A DNA stretch of 24,003 nt, from contig MCFH01000148.1 in the NCBI GenBank assembly GCA_002104945.1, positions 1-24,003 of the forward strand, read 5' to 3'. Below, in pieces: positions 21,191 through 24,003 of this stretch (its first letter is position 1; the number at the start of each line of letters is the position of its first letter). The translations under genes were made by a program, and so were the position numbers. This DNA comes from Piromyces finnis finn. Taxonomy: Eukaryota; Fungi; Neocallimastigomycota. A model generated the notes under the pieces. It worked only from the letters and a program-made list of their open reading frames with translations. It did not search any database and was not told the origin of the DNA.

Positions 21191-21879
21191 GTATAAAATT
21201 TTTAATCCTTGAAATTATTAAATTTTTTAAATTATTAAAATTTTATTATTAAAATTTTTATTTTAAATTTATTAACTATTAACTATTTACAATAATTATA
21301 TTAATTATTAATTTGTAAAAATTAAATATTTTATAATTAAACAATAATTAATAAAAATTAAAAATGTAATAATTAAAATTGTTCATGTATAAAAAGATAA
21401 AAAGAATAGAAATTGACAAAAAATTACGAAGCTTTAGCGTTAGTAATTTTTTAACTTAAAGTTAATAAGATATATAAACTCCTATAAAACCTAAAATTTT
21501 AAAAATTTTAATATTTTTAATAACTTAATATATGTTGATATTAAGTTATTGTTAAAATAAAAATATTAATTATTTTCCTTTATATAAATATTATTAGCTT
21601 TAAGCCTTTAATAGGAAAGCGTATTATATTAGATAATTAATATAACTAGTGTGCTTACCACACTTTTCTTTATTAAAAATCGGTTTTTATCAATGATACA
21701 AGATACATAGAAAAATATTTTTATGAATAATAACATTTAATTCTTTTATAATTTGTATAGCAATTATTGATGTATATAATAATTAAACTCTATATTAGTA
21801 TAAATTATTATGACGCAAATATTACATATATATTAGAATAATTAATTACACAAGAAAGAAAAGTTATAAAAAGAGAGAT

Positions 21880-21952
21880 TGTAAAGATATCAAACGCCTC
21901 AGCGTGATATCTTTAATGTAAGTTAAGCCATAAATATTATTGTTTAAGTTAC
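21880..21952 (+). mobile_element. First 73 bp of a family-C LTR with preceding PPT, interrupted by an oppositely oriented family-C element
   Basis: aagagagat|tgtaaagatatcaaacgcctc...aagttac matches the start of 16170. Confidence 0.85.
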
Positions 21953-22570
21953 TGTAATGTTGAACACTGAAAGAATAGATTAGGATATCTATTCTATTAC
22001 AATAACACTAAAATTTTAAAATAAAATAAAAAAAATTGTTTTATAAAAATATCTTTTATTATAATAGAAATTTTATTAATAACAATTACATCGATAAAAT
22101 GATGAAAAATATCTTCTATTTATATTTTTCCTAAATACATTTATATTATATTATAACTATTTATTTCTTATATATTATTTTTTTAAAAGCTACACTAAAA
22201 TCTTAATTATTAATAAATATTGAAACTATAACTATTTTTAGTAAAATACAATTGGCAATTTAAATTAAGTACTATTTAATTTGAATATGTGCCCATGTAT
22301 TATTGATATATTAATCATTTATTATTTATATATTATTTACCTATTTCTATAAAAAAACATATTAAAACTAGGGATTTACATTGAGAATATTAATTTACTT
22401 GTTAAATATTAAAATAAATTAATAATTTATTTTGTTTTAAACTTTAATTATTAATAAATAAATTATGTCTCATTTTCTTTTTCTGAATATAATTTGTGTA
22501 ACTTAAACAATAATACTTGTGGCTTAAGTTAAATTAAAGATATCAAGTTGAGGTGTTTGATATCTTTACA
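21953..22570 (-). mobile_element. 3' LTR of gypsy element C
   Basis: Reverse complement is near-identical to 16170-16773. PPT agagagagagat at about 22571-22583. Confidence 0.93.
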
Positions 22571-23933
22571 ATCTCTCTCTCTAAGTCGAGTTCCTGCGAG
22601 ATTAATTTATAAAAAATACTTTCTCGAAGGAATTTCAATTACAAATGGTTGGTATCTGTGCTTGATTAAACTACCAACTTTATTCTTTCTAATTTCATGG
22701 AGGAGTCGCTCGACTTATGTTTTAATTTTTTAGAGTTATTTTCAAACTCTTGTATTAATTGTTTATCTGAAATCTGATCTTCAGAAGGTGAATTTATCAA
22801 ATTCTTTCCACGATAACTTATAAAATGTTTCACCATTGACAGATTTCATCTTCTCAATTTTTCTCTGGAATTTTTCAATAAAAATCTGTGTTAGGGTGAA
22901 TATTCCTCTTCCTACGGTTAGATCTATCGTTAAATTCATTTTCAAAATTATAGTTTTAACAATGAAACATGAAAAACTGGATGACATCTCATTGTCTTTG
23001 GAAGTTTCAATTTGAAAGAGAGAGAACTAATCTTTTCAATAATTTCAAAATGGGCCAAGCATTTGAGGTGCTAATTTCTTCTTTAAGTTAGTTCCAGGAG
23101 AATCTTTCAATAAACCATACCTTCTTTCCCACTTCGAATTCCGGGGTAATCATTCTTTCATATCGGCATATTTCTTATATGTTTCTTTAGTTTTTTTTTT
23201 TTTTAATTTTTCCTTTAATAATTTAAAGTTTTCATTCATATCAATATACTCTTGTTTAGCTCTACTAGGTCTATCATTAGCTGGAATTCTAAGCTGAACT
23301 TTGGATGAAAACCATAATTAGCAGAGAATGGGGATTGATTTATAGATTGTTGTAAAGTATTATTATATGCAAATTCAGCAAATGGGATAAGATCAACCCA
23401 GTTATTCTGTTTTTTATTTATAAAACAACGGAAATATTGTTCTAATATGCCGTTCACCCTCTCCGTTTGACCATCTGTCTGCGGATGGTTAGCAGTCAAT
23501 AATGAATGATTGATATTAAGAAGGTCACAAAGTCTTGACCAAAAATCAGAAGTAAATTGCGAGCCTCTATCAGAGATAATGGAATCAGGAAGACCATGCA
23601 AACGGAAGACATTAGTAATAAAAGCATCAGCAGCAATCGAAGCAGTAGGAAGACAACGTAAAGGAATGGCGTGAGTAAATTTAGTAAATCTATCGACAAC
23701 AACCATGAGAGTTGTCATATCTCTGGACTTCGGAAGATCAACAATAAAGTCGATAGAGATATCAGACCAAGGCCTACTATGAGTGTCCAGGGGGATAACA
23801 ATCCGTAAGGCTTATGTCTGGGGACTTTGGATTTGCAACAATTCACGCAAGATTTGATAAAAGATTTAACGTCTGAATGAAATCTTGGCCACCAAAAGTT
23901 TCTGGAAATCAGTTCAGTGGTTTTCTTAATACC
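22571..23933 (-). pseudogene. Gypsy element C integrase and chromodomain, frameshifted
   Basis: ORF 23236-23718 VVVDRFTKFTHAIP...SDRGSQFTS...HPQTDGQTERVN; FYKLSWKEFDK...EDQISDKQLIQE; upstream KKTTELISRNFWWP. Confidence 0.92.
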
Positions 23934-24003
23934 TGTAAAAATTTTAAAATTTAAAACAGATTATAAAATTTTTTACAATAAAACAAAAACACTAAATAAA
24001 ATA
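23934..24003 (-). mobile_element. End of a family-B LTR inserted into the element C integrase (runs off the window)
   Basis: Matches 2151-2220 (aaaacagattataaaattttttacaataaaacaa). Confidence 0.88.

Overview
Very AT-rich eukaryotic DNA with no intact housekeeping gene. The host is probably an anaerobic gut fungus (Neocallimastigomycota); this is inferred from base composition, chromoviral Ty3/gypsy elements and a ricin-B lectin remnant. The window has three layers. (1) Nested, decayed chromoviral Ty3/gypsy retrotransposons with at least three LTR families, including two solo LTRs with perfect 5-bp TSDs (CAACT at 16170-16773, GTATA at 20488-21190). (2) A fold-back inverted repeat of at least 7.85 kb (1-7852, 54-nt loop at 3896-3949), possibly a long-read or amplification artefact. 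(3) A cluster of endogenous CRESS-DNA (Cressdnaviricota-like) virus sequences from three related but different genomes. EVE1 (about 11143-12940) has an intact 463-aa capsid, a dead Rep and no origin. EVE2 (17291-20198) is a complete 2908-nt nick-to-nick genome with an intact capsid and a Rep carrying one in-frame TAA. EVE-X is only a Rep N-terminus, origin and structured intergenic region, and it is split in two by EVE2. The main observation is that EVE2 lies between 27-bp direct repeats containing TAGTATTAC and the outer origin stem arms pair crosswise between the two origins. This indicates a whole viral circle recombined precisely into the replication origin of a different virus, leaving a unit that a Rep supplied in trans could in principle release again.
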